A DNA stretch of 64,000 nucleotides from Spongospora subterranea f. sp. subterranea. Lineage: Eukaryota. A model generated the notes under the pieces. That model was not told where the DNA came from. It saw only the letters and a program-made list of their open reading frames with translations, and made no database searches. How positions within the stretch are numbered: the first letter of the stretch is position 1; each line of letters starts with the position of its first letter. Positions 10,522 to 23,028 of the stretch are shown here, one piece after another. The position numbers and the translations under genes were made by a program. Location of the stretch: positions 1 to 64,000 of the forward strand of contig JAUGWO010000062.1 of assembly GCA_049724395.1 (NCBI GenBank), read 5' to 3'.

Positions 10522-13500
10522 TCAGTACGAATGGTGTGGAGTAATACCTCCCCCCAACTGAACGTGAACGAACTCAGTTTGGCCCAACCTGGCACCTTTT
10601 TGGGCCATCTTGAGGAATATCTTTTGAAGTGGTAAAGATCCAATACTGAGATCCTGAATGGGAAGTCCATGATTACTGTGGAGGATTCGAAATAAACTCG
10701 CAATTGATAGGTCGTGGCGTTTAGGGACTTCGAATTTCATACGGTGTTCATGGAACTCAACAACCATTGTCCCAGGAAATTTAGCACCGAACCACGATTG
10801 AATAGCAGAGGCGTCGTCCGGGGTATTGAAATTGATATCGACCTGATAAGCTGAAGCGTATTTGGTCTTGAGATGTGTAGAGCTTCCTAAGCACATAATC
10901 TCCCCCGCCACCATTATCGATATGCGATCACATAACACCTCAGCCTCATCCAGAGCGTGTGTGGTCAAAAGCAGACACCGATTGGGGTTACCGCCTTCAC
11001 CTCATCAATCATCGACCACATGTGACGTCGCGACGCCGGATCGACACCAGTAGAGGGCTCGTCCATCAACACGACAGGTCGCTGGCTCATTAAACAGATC
11101 GCCACCGCCAGTTTCCTCTTCATTCCACCCGAATAAGTGTAAGATGGACGATCGGCTCCGAGATTGAGATGAACACCATTGATGAACCTTTCGATCACCT
11201 CTTCACGAACAGAATCAGGAATTCCCTACGACGTTGAATGAGTCTCAATCAGATTTGACGAAAGGGCGAAACTGGTCCTTACAAGAAGACGAGAATATAG
11301 TCTCAGCTGTTGACGAGCAGATAACGACCCGACCAGGGCATCATCGAATTGGGAAACAAAAGCGAGATTAGAACGGGCTTTGAAGGAATTTGTCGCGACG
11401 TTAATACCGGCGATATGGACATCACCAGTATCAGGAGACAATTCCCCAAGCATACACTTGATAGCTGACGTCTTCCCACTCCCGTTAACACCAAGAAATG
11501 CTAAAGCGGATCCGCCGCGAACACCAACAGTAACACCGCGTCGCAACGGCTGATGTTCTCCCAAACACCTTTCCGACATTATTGAGCTGAAGCAGGTCAT
11601 CAGGGGTGTTCTGAACCCGGTTCTTCTCGGCGACAACATCAGAGTCCAACAGCTGGACTGACAAGTTTGTGGGCGCTGAGAATATCAAACGGCGGATTCG
11701 TAGCAAGACGATGGGATTACGGTAGGCAAAATCTGCAAAGATCGCCAAACCAAACCAGAATATTCCCATTCCGATCAGCACCATGTTTACAACCAATAAC
11801 GATAGTTTCACGTGGGGATGAGCGTAAAAGTAATCGAGGAAAACAGTCGGATTGAGGAGAGTGAAGAAGAAGCAAAATAGGGAATTTGAAGAAAATTGAT
11901 CAAAGCACGAGATAATAGTGATCAATATCATCTGAATGAGGAAATGCCATTTGATCAAGGAGATGGGGTTCTTGCAGATATTGGCCAGGAAGGTAGCGAA
12001 ACCGACCGAGGCGAAACAGAGGGGCGGTGCAGTGATGAACCAGAAGTGCAGGAGTGATGCCGTTGTCAACCAGGCGATGAACAGAATGATCGAGTAGATC
12101 ATGATGAGGGTTGCACAATTCCATATTACGATCGTGATCCAGTATGCGATTGCCGATAAACCCATCACCTCGAGTTGTTGGCCGAGTTTGGTTTCCTAAA
12201 CCGACACAAACAATCACCAAATATCGCGCAACAGCGACAGATGTGAATGGAATTTGAAGGAAAAGAGAAATCAAAATATCCTTTGGCCATTTGAGAGGAT
12301 TCAACGGAGGACAAAAAATATGAAGTGAATCGGCGTGTTTTGGGGAGTGACCTTAATGATCGAGATATTGGTGGAGAGTTGAGGGAATATGACAAGAGTG
12401 AACACTTGTCGGGCAACGACAGCCCATATAGGATGGGTAAATCCCCCGATAACACATATCAATACGGGAAGAAGAGAGAAGAATAATGTCGTGTCCTGAG
12501 AGAATAGGGTGAATAAGATGGCTAATAGGACTCGACATTGCTCCAATAATGATGGACGATGAAATTCAAACGATGGCATTGGCGCCACCGGTTCGACAAG
12601 CTGACCAAGGGCCTCGTCGTGTTCGCGAACAATACGAAGGAACACGTCTTCAAGTGTAGAAGGTGTCAACGTATAGTCGATAATGCCCAAAGCGGTTTTC
12701 TCTCGTTCAATAGCGTCAAATACTAATTGGGAATCACGAGCAGATTGAGGTGGTAAACTGAATACGAATTCTCCAGCACTGGATGATGTGAGCTTCGCTT
12801 CAGGACCAAGTTGGCTGATAAATGATTTGATACGGAGAGCCCCTTCATCATCATCGTGATGTGGTGAATATAAAGATAATGTGTATCCCGATCCGAGGCG
12901 ATTCTTGAGGAACAGATTCGATCCAAGACATTGTAGTGATCCAGCCGACATGATTCCAATACGATCCCCCAAGATCTCCGCTTCCTGCATACTAAGCAGT
13001 GATGTAAGAAATATGATTGGGGAGACGAGATAAAAATCCATTACCTGTGAGTAGTTAAGATGATTGTACGACCTTTCTTCATAGAACGAATGATATCCCA
13101 CAGCTGAATCATCGCCTGGATATCCATTCCCGAAGACGGTTCATCCAATAAAATCACATTCGATCCGCCACAGAAGCTATAGCAATAGCCAGATCAGTAT
13201 CAATCAGTTAATAAACGGTGATGAACAGCACAATCATGATAAACGAAACAATAAAAATTAACTGAACTTACGCTAGTCCCACAGCAAGTTTGCGCTTTTG
13301 ACCACCAGATAGCTTCTTAACCTTACAGTTCGCCTTATTTGTTAGGTGGAGATAGCGCATGATCATTTCGCTGTCGCGATCGGCATCGCCGCCATTAAGA
13401 CCTTTCAACCGGCAGAAGATCTGCAGGTTTTGTTCAACCGTTAGCGACATAAACGAGCCGTCGAACTGTGGGCAAATCCCAACGCCTTGACAAGCGCCAA

Positions 13501-14712
13501 TCGGATCGACATCAATATCAATTCCATTGACAAACGCCTGTCCACTGGTAAATGATTGCATTCCCATTAAACATTCTAATATTGATGTTTTCCCGGCACC
13601 GTTATGACCTATTACCAAACACAATTAGCATTATTCTGTGGAAATCAACGACAATATTGACCTAATAGGGCGAATATTTCCCCATTGTACATCTGCAGGT
13701 TAACACCATTAACCGCCTTTACCGCTCCATTGTTATATGATTTAGTGACGTTGCGAATACTGACACCAACTGGTTTACCACCGATGTCACTTTCGAAACG
13801 ATCGGGATCGACACCCGATGGAACAACGGGCTCTTTGATGAGATTTTTACCGCCGGAGCTTGACGTGAAAACATCAAAGATGAAGGTCCATCGGCGGGTA
13901 TTGTAAAACGGCGATGGTATACAATGAGTCAAATAAAGACCGAGCAGAGAGCATATACAGATCGACGATAGGAGCGGGAGTAGCGCCATGGCCACCTCAG
14001 AGAAGGACTGGGTTAACACACATCCCTGATGGATAGACAGGTTATGTGAGATATTAGTGAGGAATGCTGTGAATGCAGTGAAGGGATGGACGTAGCTCCA
14101 AAAGCTGGTAGCGAGGCCAAGAGCATTGAGAGTCGTCTGGGACATCTCAAGGAGCAACGGGCTCGATAAGGCCAAGATCGGGAATATCGCTGGACCCAAC
14201 AAGGTCAAGTTGATGGCACTTTGGGCGGTACGACGGTCGTGGAACATGGCGCAATGCAGATAGGCGAGTGGTATAGATGCGATCATGTGAATTAGGTAAG
14301 GGATGGTGACGATGGCCGCTCTGCATCCGATAAACCATATGCCCAATAGCCCTGGCACGACCCATATCGCTAGTAATAATGGCAGATATGATGCGAACCA
14401 GGATAACAGGTACTGGATCTCAGACACGCCCGACAACCGGATCTGGTGCCGCGTCTTGTGCACCTTTTCGGCCATGATCTTATTGGCGATATCCGACATC
14501 ATCAACGACTCAGACGACCATATCGGGAATAGGAGTAGTAGTAAGAGCGATCCAGGGGCCCGCGTTTTGGTACTATTATTCTCCAACGACAACAAAAGCA
14601 TCAGACATAGAGACAGGAAAACCGTGGCAGATTTACAGACAAGTCCCAACTTCTGCAATCGAAACAGCTGCACATTCTTGAAGACCAGGGCCTGTAGGAC
14701 TCGGAACGCCAT
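10522..14712 (-). CDS. ABC transporter subfamily A (TMD-NBD-TMD-NBD), multi-exon, with two apparent frameshifts in NBD2
   Basis: NBD1: LLG|HNGAGKTS, LSGGQKRKL, LLDEPSSGMD, LTTH|SMQEAEILGDRI. NBD2: LGVNGSGKT, YSGGMKRKL, MDEPSTGVD, LTTHALDEAEVLCDRI. Two multi-TM blocks. GT-AG introns join most exons in frame. Confidence 0.92.
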
Positions 14713-15207
14713 TCATACGATAGAATATGTTAGCCAGACGGAACACATCTGGGAATAAGGATCTTGGAGGACATCGGATCAGGAACTACAGCGGGGTGAC
14801 CTTGACCTGATGGAACTCCGACTGAATTGATTGACAGGTCAAACCGGGCTTGGCAAGCCAAACATGTCGGTCATGATACCGCTCATCCTATCAAACTATT
14901 ATAAAACAAACACACATTTGACTCCGTTCCTAACGGATTGCTCTAAATCATGTTATTTGATTGCGATTATACAGGGCCAGAATGGAGATGTTGGACCACA
15001 CTCATTGATTTTCAAGAGTTAGTTCGTCAGCTGTATTATTCACACACCTTTACTAGACCGTTAACCCAGGCACGTCGACACAAGCAGATCTATTTTGTCT
15101 CAGGATGAATTAAAATCATATTTACAGCCAGTAAACATCATCTCCAGCGATTTTTTGACAGGGAGAATCCATTTTCTCAAATTATATTATTTTTTTATTG
15201 AGTGATA

Positions 15208-18200
15208 TTAACGACATTCGGCATTATCGGCAACATCGATGTTATTCTTGATCGGCGCCCAAGTTTGAAGACCGGCTCGCATTTGGCTCAGGAGGCGTGT
15301 CGGCATCTTCCCGGCAGGTATTTGCGATAGGGCCAGGAACTCCTCTTTGGTCAAAAAACGAAACGCTAGATCCTCAATCTTCGATTTCGCTTCATCATCG
15401 CATTCCTCAACATCAGTACGTGTCGCATTAGAGGCGTTGCCTCCGGATCCCACGTTCATCGCCACTGTAGAATCATTTACAGTTATATTGCTCATCATTG
15501 GTTCAGCATTGCTCATTCGAGTCGCGTCTGATTCAACGGACGTGGGTTCACAAATCAGATCTTTCATGGGCGTATCACCGTTTGCTGCCAGTTGGTAGGT
15601 GTTTGGTGCAATAGTAGGAATAGATATCCTATCATTAACCCTGTCTAAAGTCGGTTGGACATCGCCAATAGCTTCAGCAGCAGCATATGGCTGAGTTGCC
15701 GACGACTTTACTACAGGGAGCAGCGACGTAGCGTCGACAGGCATCAGATTCGCTGTGACATTCACAGCGAGAGGTTGCGAACGAAAGGTTGGGGCAATCA
15801 TCTTGTTATCGTCTGCGAATTCAAACACGGATTGGCCCAAATCTAGAGCACTTAATGAATTCTTGGACGAGGCCATGGTCGTTCGTGGCAGGTGCTGAGT
15901 ATACGAAACTGAGTTCCCTGACATAGCAACACCAGAGGACAGGGATGCTTCTGCAGTTGCGTTCGAGACCAAGCCGGATACCGGCCCCTTGATCCCACTC
16001 TTGGTCGTGACGCCCGGTTGGTCGCTGATCGTAGTGTTCGGAACCGAAGGGATCGTGAGTCCGGACTTGACAAGATCCAATGGCTTCAATGATGGGAACT
16101 TGTCGGAAGGAATCAAAACCAATGACGAGTCCTTCGAACCGTTCGACTTCGAAGAATATTCCAGCAGGTTCTCAGCGGGATTCGAGTTCGACCTTGCGCT
16201 TAGAGATATCAAAGGTTCAACGGAAGAGCCGCTGTCCACAGCTGAAGAATTTGCAACCAGAACAAGGGAAGATGAATTCAAGGAATCGTTAAGCGGTAAC
16301 ACGTTCTTGAGGTCGTTGTAGTTTGAGGAAGAAACAAGTGGTAGTGAATCCGTTATGTTGGCGATACGTGAACCACCGTTGTCAACAGAGGTATCAAGCG
16401 ACACTGAAAAAGGTGAATGGGCAATATCTGAACCGCTCATATCGGATACAACTGAACCAGATGATTTCCCGTAACCAGAAGAGGCAGCAAGTAGGATAGA
16501 AGGTGTGGAAGTTACGATGGTGGAACCGTTCTTGTTGCTTGCTGAGGATGAACCAGATCCTCCGATGACTGAATAAGTACTACGTGGGACAGCATTCGTC
16601 GACATGGCGATAACGGCACCATTATTGTTATCTAGTGAGGACGGACGAGCGGATCCTTCGAAACCAGAAGAATCAGCACGTGGGATTGAAGGCGTGGCAT
16701 CAACGATAGCGGCACCGTTCTGTTTGTCTGGTGAGGGTGAACGAGATGATCCACCGATGACAGAAGAGCTGCTAAGTGGGAATGAGAATGTAGAATTGGC
16801 GATGACGGTGCCGACTTTTTTTTCTGGTGAAGATGGACGGGATGATCCTCCTAAGCTAGAAGAACTAGCATATGGTACTGAAGGCGTTGCGTCGAAGATA
16901 GCGGCACCGTTCTGGTTGTCTGGAAAGGATGCAAGAGATGATCTTCCGATGACCGAAGAGCTATTAAGTAAGACTGAACGTGTAGAATTGGCGATGATGG
17001 TACCGTTCTTGTTTTCTAATGAGGATGGAAGAGATGATCCTCCGAAGCTAGAAGAAACAGCATATGGTACTGAAGGCGTTGCGTCGAAGATAGCGGCACC
17101 TTTCTGGTTGTCTGGTGAGGATGAACGAGATACTCCTTTGACGACAGACAGGTTACTAAGTGGGATTAGAGGTGCAGAAGTGGCGATAGCGGTATCGTTC
17201 TTGCTGTCTGATGAAGATGAACGAGATGACTCTCCGAAGCCAAATGAGGCATTAAGTGGGACTGAAGCGACGATAGCGGTATCGATCTTGTTGTCTGGTA
17301 AGGATGAACGAGATGATTCTCCGAAACCAGACGAGGTACTAAGTGGAACTAAAGGTGTATATGGGGCCACAGCGGTGCCGTTCTTGTTGTCTGATAATGA
17401 TGAACCATATGTATATCCGACGTCAGACGAAACAGCTGAACCTGAAGGTATAGCATCGACAATCGCGGTACCATTCTTAATGTCTGTTGAAGATGAATTA
17501 GATGATCTTCCAAAGGCAGATTTGGTACTGGGTCGGACTGAAGGTGTAAAAGCGGTGATAACGGTCCCGTTCTTGCTGTCTGTTAAGGATGAACCAGATG
17601 AAATTCTGGAGTCAGAAGGAGTTACAAATGGCCCTGAAAGTGTAGAATTCACGAGACCGCTATCGGTTCTGTTTCCTGTTGGCGCTGAATCATATGAAAC
17701 TCGGTCGAGAAACGAGATTGCACTTGGCCCTGATGATGTGGACTTGGCAATATTGGCATCGTCCTTGTTGTCTGGTAAGCCTGGTTCAAATGAGTGTCGT
17801 GCAAGCACTCCGGAAGATGCTGGATTGGCAATAGACACACCGCTTTCATTGTCGGGCAACCTTGATGATTGCAAGGAAATGGTCTTCCAAAGTCCGTTGT
17901 CGGCTGTTGACGAACTTTTCAGTAAATCGTAAGCCAAGTCACTATAGCTATCCTTTGTTATTGGAGTTTCATGAGTCCCCTTCTTGGCCGTTGACGAAGT
18001 ATTAGCAGCCACATCATGCTTGCTGTCGCTAGAGGATGAATTCGTTTTCGGCTGATCCTTGCCGCTCTGGGACAACCGATGAGATGACACTTTAAGCAAT
18101 GCCCCATCCGAACTCAGACTTGAGGAACTTTCTGGCATGGAATTCTTGCTGGATACGGATCCGCTATTGGCGTTTGAGGCAGTGCTTTGACTGACACGTG

Positions 18201-21200
18201 GGCGTTTTCTCTGAAGGCGGCGCTTGCCAGGTGGCATAGCATGGACTAGAGAATGGGTGTGCGAGTTCAAATTTTGGGAAGCGAGTTCCTTCGGAGAGTT
18301 TGGTGAAGTAGCGGAAGATGTGAGAGACATGTCCAGATGTTGTGGCGCTTTCGAGCTGGACGATCTGGCCTCAGAGGTTGACGAGCTGTCAGAGTCGTCC
18401 GAATTCTCGGAATTAACCCCCCATCGCTGTTCAGAATTCATGGACTGGTGACGACCTGTGTGAGCCTGTCGTTGAACTTCTCCTGAACGCCCCTGAGACG
18501 ATTGTTGAGAAGATTGTGAATGGGACTGTTGAGATTCTCCTGATGATGTCTGAGGCAGTTGTTGAGAATTTCCTGAAGAAGTCTGAAGAGAGTTTTGTTC
18601 TGATGGGACCTGAGGCAGTTTGTGAGAACCTTCTGAAGAGCTCTGAGATTGTTGAGAATCTTCTGAAGATGTCTGAGGCGATGTTTGAGAATTCTGAGGC
18701 GATGTTTGAGAATTTTCTGAAGAGCTCTGAGATTGTTGAGAAGATTCAGAATGGGACTGTTGAGACTCTTTTGATGATGTCTGAGGCGATATTTGAGAAT
18801 CTTCTGAAGAGCTCTGAGATTGTTGAGAAGATTTAGAACGGGACTGTTGTGACTCTCCTGATGATGTTTGAGGCAGTTGTTGAGAATTTCTTGAAGAAGT
18901 CTGAAGAGAGTTCTGAAAACCTTTTGATGGGACCTGAGGCAGTTTGTGAGAACCTTCTGAAGAGCTCTGAGATTGTTGAGAAGATTCAGAATGGGACTGT
19001 TGAGACTCTTTTGATGATGATGTCTGAGGCGATATTTGAGAATCTTCTGAAGAGGTCTGAGATTGTTGAGAAGATTTAGAACGGGACTGTTGTGACTCTC
19101 CTGATGATGTTTGAGGCAGTTGTTGAGAATTTCTTGAAGAAGTCTGAAGAGAGTTCTGAAAACCTTTTGATGGGACCTGAGGCAGTTTGTGAGAACCTTC
19201 TGAAGAGCTCTGAGATTGTTGAGAATCTTCTGAAGATGTCTGAGGCGATATTTGAGAATCTTCTGTTTGATGGGGTCTGTGGCCGTTTGTGAGAAACTTC
19301 TGATGAGGTCTGAGATTCTTCTGTACGGCTTTCAGACGGTTGTTGAGACTCTCCTGAAGATGATTGAGGCGATACTTGAGAATCTTCTGATGGGGCCTGA
19401 GGCGGTTTGTCAAATGCTTCTGAAAAGCTCTGAGAGTCGTTTTGAGACGGTTGTTGAGAATCTCCTGATGAGGTCTGAGGCGGTTGGTGAGAACCTCCTG
19501 AAGAGTTCTGAGATTCAGCCGCACGGCTCTGAGGCGGTCGTTGAGACACTTCTGAAGGACTCTGTTGTGACTCTTCTGATTGGGTGGGAGGAGATTGTTG
19601 AGATCGTCCAGCGACACTATTAGGAGGTTTTTGAGAACCTTTTGAAGGCGTTTGTGGCGGTTGCTGAGATTCTCCTGAAGATGACTGAGGCGGTTGTTGA
19701 GAACCTTCTGAGAACGTCGGAAGCGTTTGTTGAGAACCTCCTGAGGGCTTTTTAAATGGTTGTTGGGCAGCACCTGAAGGGGTCTGAGGCGGTTGCTGCG
19801 ATCCATCTGAAGGGGTCTGAGGAGGTTGTTGAGATTCTCTTGAAGGAATCTGAGGAATTTGTTGAAATCCATCTGAAGGGGTCAGAGACGGTTTTTGAGA
19901 TTCTCCTGAAGGGGTCTGAGAAGGTTGTTGAGATCCATCTGAAGGGGTCTGAGGATGTTGTTGAGATCCATCTGAAGGAGTCTGAGGCGGTTGTTGAGAT
20001 CCATTTGAAGGAGTCTGAGGCGGTTGTTGAGACTTTTCTGAAGGGGTCGGAGGCGGTTGTTGAGATCCATTTGAAGGAGTCTGACGTGGTTGTTGAGACT
20101 TTTCTGAAGGGGTCGGAGGCGGTTGTTGAGATCCATTTGAAGGAGTCTGAGGCGGTTGTTGAGACTTTTCTGAAGGGGTCGGAGGCGGTTGTTGAGATCC
20201 ATCTGAAGAGGTCTGAGGATGTTGTTGAGATCCATCTGAAGGAGTCTGAGGCGGTTGTTGAGATCCATCTGAAGGAGTCGGAGGCGGTTGTTGAGATCCA
20301 TTTGAAGGAGTCTGCGGCGGTTGTTGAGACTTTTCTGAAGGGGTCGGAGGCGGTTGTTGAGATTTTCCTGAAGGGGTCTGAGGCGGTTGTTGAGATTTTC
20401 CTGAAGGGGTCGGAGGCGGTTGTTGAGATTTTCCTGAAGGGGTCTGAGGCGGTTGTTGAGATTTTCCTGAAGGGGTCGGAGGCGGTTGTTGAGATTTTCC
20501 TGAAGGGGTCGGAGGCGGTTGTTGAGACTTTCCTGAAGGGGTCGGAGGCGGTTGTTGAGACTTTCCTGAAGGGGTCGGAGGCGGTTGTTGAGACTTTCCT
20601 GAAGGGGTCGGAGGCGGTTGTTGAGACTTTCCTGAAGGGGTCGGAGGCGGTTGTTGAGACTTTCCTGAAGGGGTCGGAGGCGGTTGTTGAGACTTTCCTG
20701 AAGGCGGTTTTTGAGTTCCACCTGAAGGAGTCTGGGGCGGTTGTTCAGATCCTCCTGCAGGGGTCTGAAGCGGCTTTTGAGTTCCATCTGAAGGAGCCTG
20801 AGGCGGTTGTTGAGCTGGTCCTGATGGGATCTGAGACGGCTGTTGAGATCCACGTGAAGGAGGGGGTTGTTGGGACCCTTTAGTAGGAATCTGAGGAGGT
20901 TGTTGAGAACCAAGTGAAGGGATAGGCCGTTGAGTTGATCCTGAAGGGGTCTGAGGCGGTTGTTGAAACCCACCTGTTGGGTTCAGAAGCGGTTGTAAAG
21001 GTGCAAGTGGTGGTATCGGATTCAGTTGCAATGGTGGAATTACAAGGTTAGGCGGCTGGGGTTCCGTTATAGTAGCAGGAATCACCATGGGCTGTAATTC
21101 GTCAACGCTCCAGCCAGGCACCGAATGCGGCGGGGCAGTATATGACAGTTTCAGAGGTTCGCCAAAAAATCCTGCCGGATCTATCATGTGATGACCTGGC

Positions 21201-21286
21201 TCAAAGTGGCCATTTCGGTTATCGACCGACAGTTCGATTGCGAATATTGCCTGAATAGTAGTTAGGATAATAAAAGCGACAACCAT
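15208..21286 (-). CDS. Very large secreted mucin/extensin-like Ser/Gln/Pro-rich repeat protein (~2020 aa if the frameshift at ~19265 is corrected)
   Basis: Hydrophobic signal-like N-terminus MVVAFIILTTIQAIFA and 11-aa repeats (QQPPPTPSGKS). The repeat register continues from ORF 19076-21286 into ORF 15208-19872 across an extra AACA at ~19265. Confidence 0.8.
16420..17830 (-). repeat. Degenerate 96-bp (32-aa) coding repeats with a 192-bp higher-order period
   Basis: Repeated GSSRSSSPDNxNGxAI..xTPS motif. GATGATCCTCC.AAGCTAGAAGAA occurs at 16841 and 17033. Confidence 0.8.
19740..20975 (-). repeat. 33-bp coding tandem array (11-aa QQPPxTPSxxS unit)
   Basis: Dozens of units such as GAAGGGGTCGGAGGCGGTTGTTGAGACTTTCCT on the + strand. 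They decay into a higher-order ~243-bp duplication at 18500-19260. Confidence 0.95.
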
Positions 21287-21819
21287 AGATTGATAGCTTA
21301 TGAAAACGGGATTTCGGTCTTAGAAATAATATAATACGTATTCGTGAAAATTAATAGAATGAGTCACTATGTTTACCAGTGATTCAATCGTCAGCGTGTC
21401 CTCAAGATTCAGCATGAGGGCCCTTTTCTTTCACGATTATCTATAGCTTATCCTTTCGTGAAACTGACGTGAGAGGTCGTTAACGCATCTTAGATACTCC
21501 AGGGAGCTGCTTCAGTAAATACTATGGACACACAGATATGTAAACCGCGGTGCTCAGCCATGGTTCAACAGTGCCCTGGCACCAATAACGAGATAGGCAA
21601 ATATCACAGTCAAGATACGCCCTGATATGTAAATCGGGAAGGTGAATATTCACCCTTGAGGAGCACAACCGATTGATGAAATACAGATATCACATTATGA
21701 CACACAACAGTAGCGGTAGTAATGATTGTCATAACCAACTATAGTGACAACATCCTTGGAATGAGAAGGTGACACAACACCACTGAGAAACGCGTTCAGA
21801 ACGCTCCAAGCATGATCGC

Positions 21820-22760
21820 TGCCAAAGATACTGCGTTGGGGATAATCTAGAATTGTGCACGTTGGACATAATACCATCCTCATAGCTAAGTCGGGGGTCG
21901 TTCAGTGCACGTACGCTTTGACGAATCTTTACACTTCCTGCTGAGTCGTCTTTTACTTCGATCGCCGCAAGCTGACGACCGACGAGTATATTTCATTGTG
22001 CTGTTGTACACATTGAAAAGTTCATCCTGTTTCGAAGCTGGTCCTGCAGATTCTATCTACTTAGTGGCCTTGATGCCGGATTCGATGATGAAACGAGGCG
22101 TAAAGTTCAAGGACGTTCTATACCATGTCAAGTTTACGCTGCTTCCAAGAATCCTGAGGTATCAATATTGGAGCAGTTTTAGATTATATCATCATGAAAC
22201 TTTACTAACATCGATTACTCTAAGAGGCATTTTTGCGACTTAATGATGCTCTTTGTGTTGAATTCTGGCTTAATGAAGACTTTTGATCAGAGGTAGCGTT
22301 CAGCAATCCGTAGAACACCCTTTAGCACATTGGAACTTATGCGATCTGTGCAATTGGTCCAAAGACTCAGGTAGTCATTCAAAAAAGGCGCTATCGCAAA
22401 AGTTGATGTGGAATGTCTCATCCAGTGTCATGTTGAATTCGATGAACGTGCCTGCTCCAAGTGGAATGGCCTGCATTGACCGACCATGCCATCCAATCTG
22501 TCATTGATGGCATTACGAGACCCAAAAACATTACAGCTGCATTACCAAAGGCACATACAAGCATGGCATCTCCGAACACTTTTTTGCAGACAAACATTTC
22601 TCTGTTCGTGTAAGTAACCGCGTCAATTGGTACGGTCCCATGCAGGTCATTGAAATAATTCTATGATTCTATGTTTACAGTTGAACTTCTGATTGTCTTT
22701 AACCTCTTGATGTTTATGATTTCCTAACTAGAGTATATCGGCGATAGCAATCTCAGACGA
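21820..22760 (+). mobile_element. Highly decayed Gypsy integrase remnant
   Basis: Fragments resembling integrase motifs (HPLAHW...WSKDSGSHSKKAL ~ WVSDQGSHFKN; WYGPMQVIEII ~ GPY/F module), with many stops. Confidence 0.45.
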
Positions 22761-23028
22761 TAAGAATGCCAAAATGACCCACGTCTGTATGACAAAACTT
22801 CTCAAATCTGTTTCCCCCAACTCAAAAACTCAAACTAAACGAACTCATGGAAGGATCCATGTACAATGGGAATACAAGTGCAAATGTGAAACACCATTAC
22901 AAACATTTGCAATTGTGGTGATAACATGGTTGTAATGACTCAGCATCCAACCCTGTTGACTCCTCCTAGGGCACTCGTAGCTGCATCATAAGTTATTAAT
23001 TGACCAAAGAATCTGTAATTTAATATTT

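Noticed and set aside
16604..17932. 442-aa plus-strand ORF
   Set aside because: In-register antisense of the Ser-rich repeat region of the mucin-like gene, with no independent features.
19252..20973. Long alternative-frame and antisense ORFs (LNNRLRPLQES and VVEIHLKGSEA repeats), including the first ~200 aa of the 1554-aa ORF
   Set aside because: These are shadows of the 33-bp repeat, which lacks stops in those frames. Only the QQPPxTPS frame links to a signal peptide.
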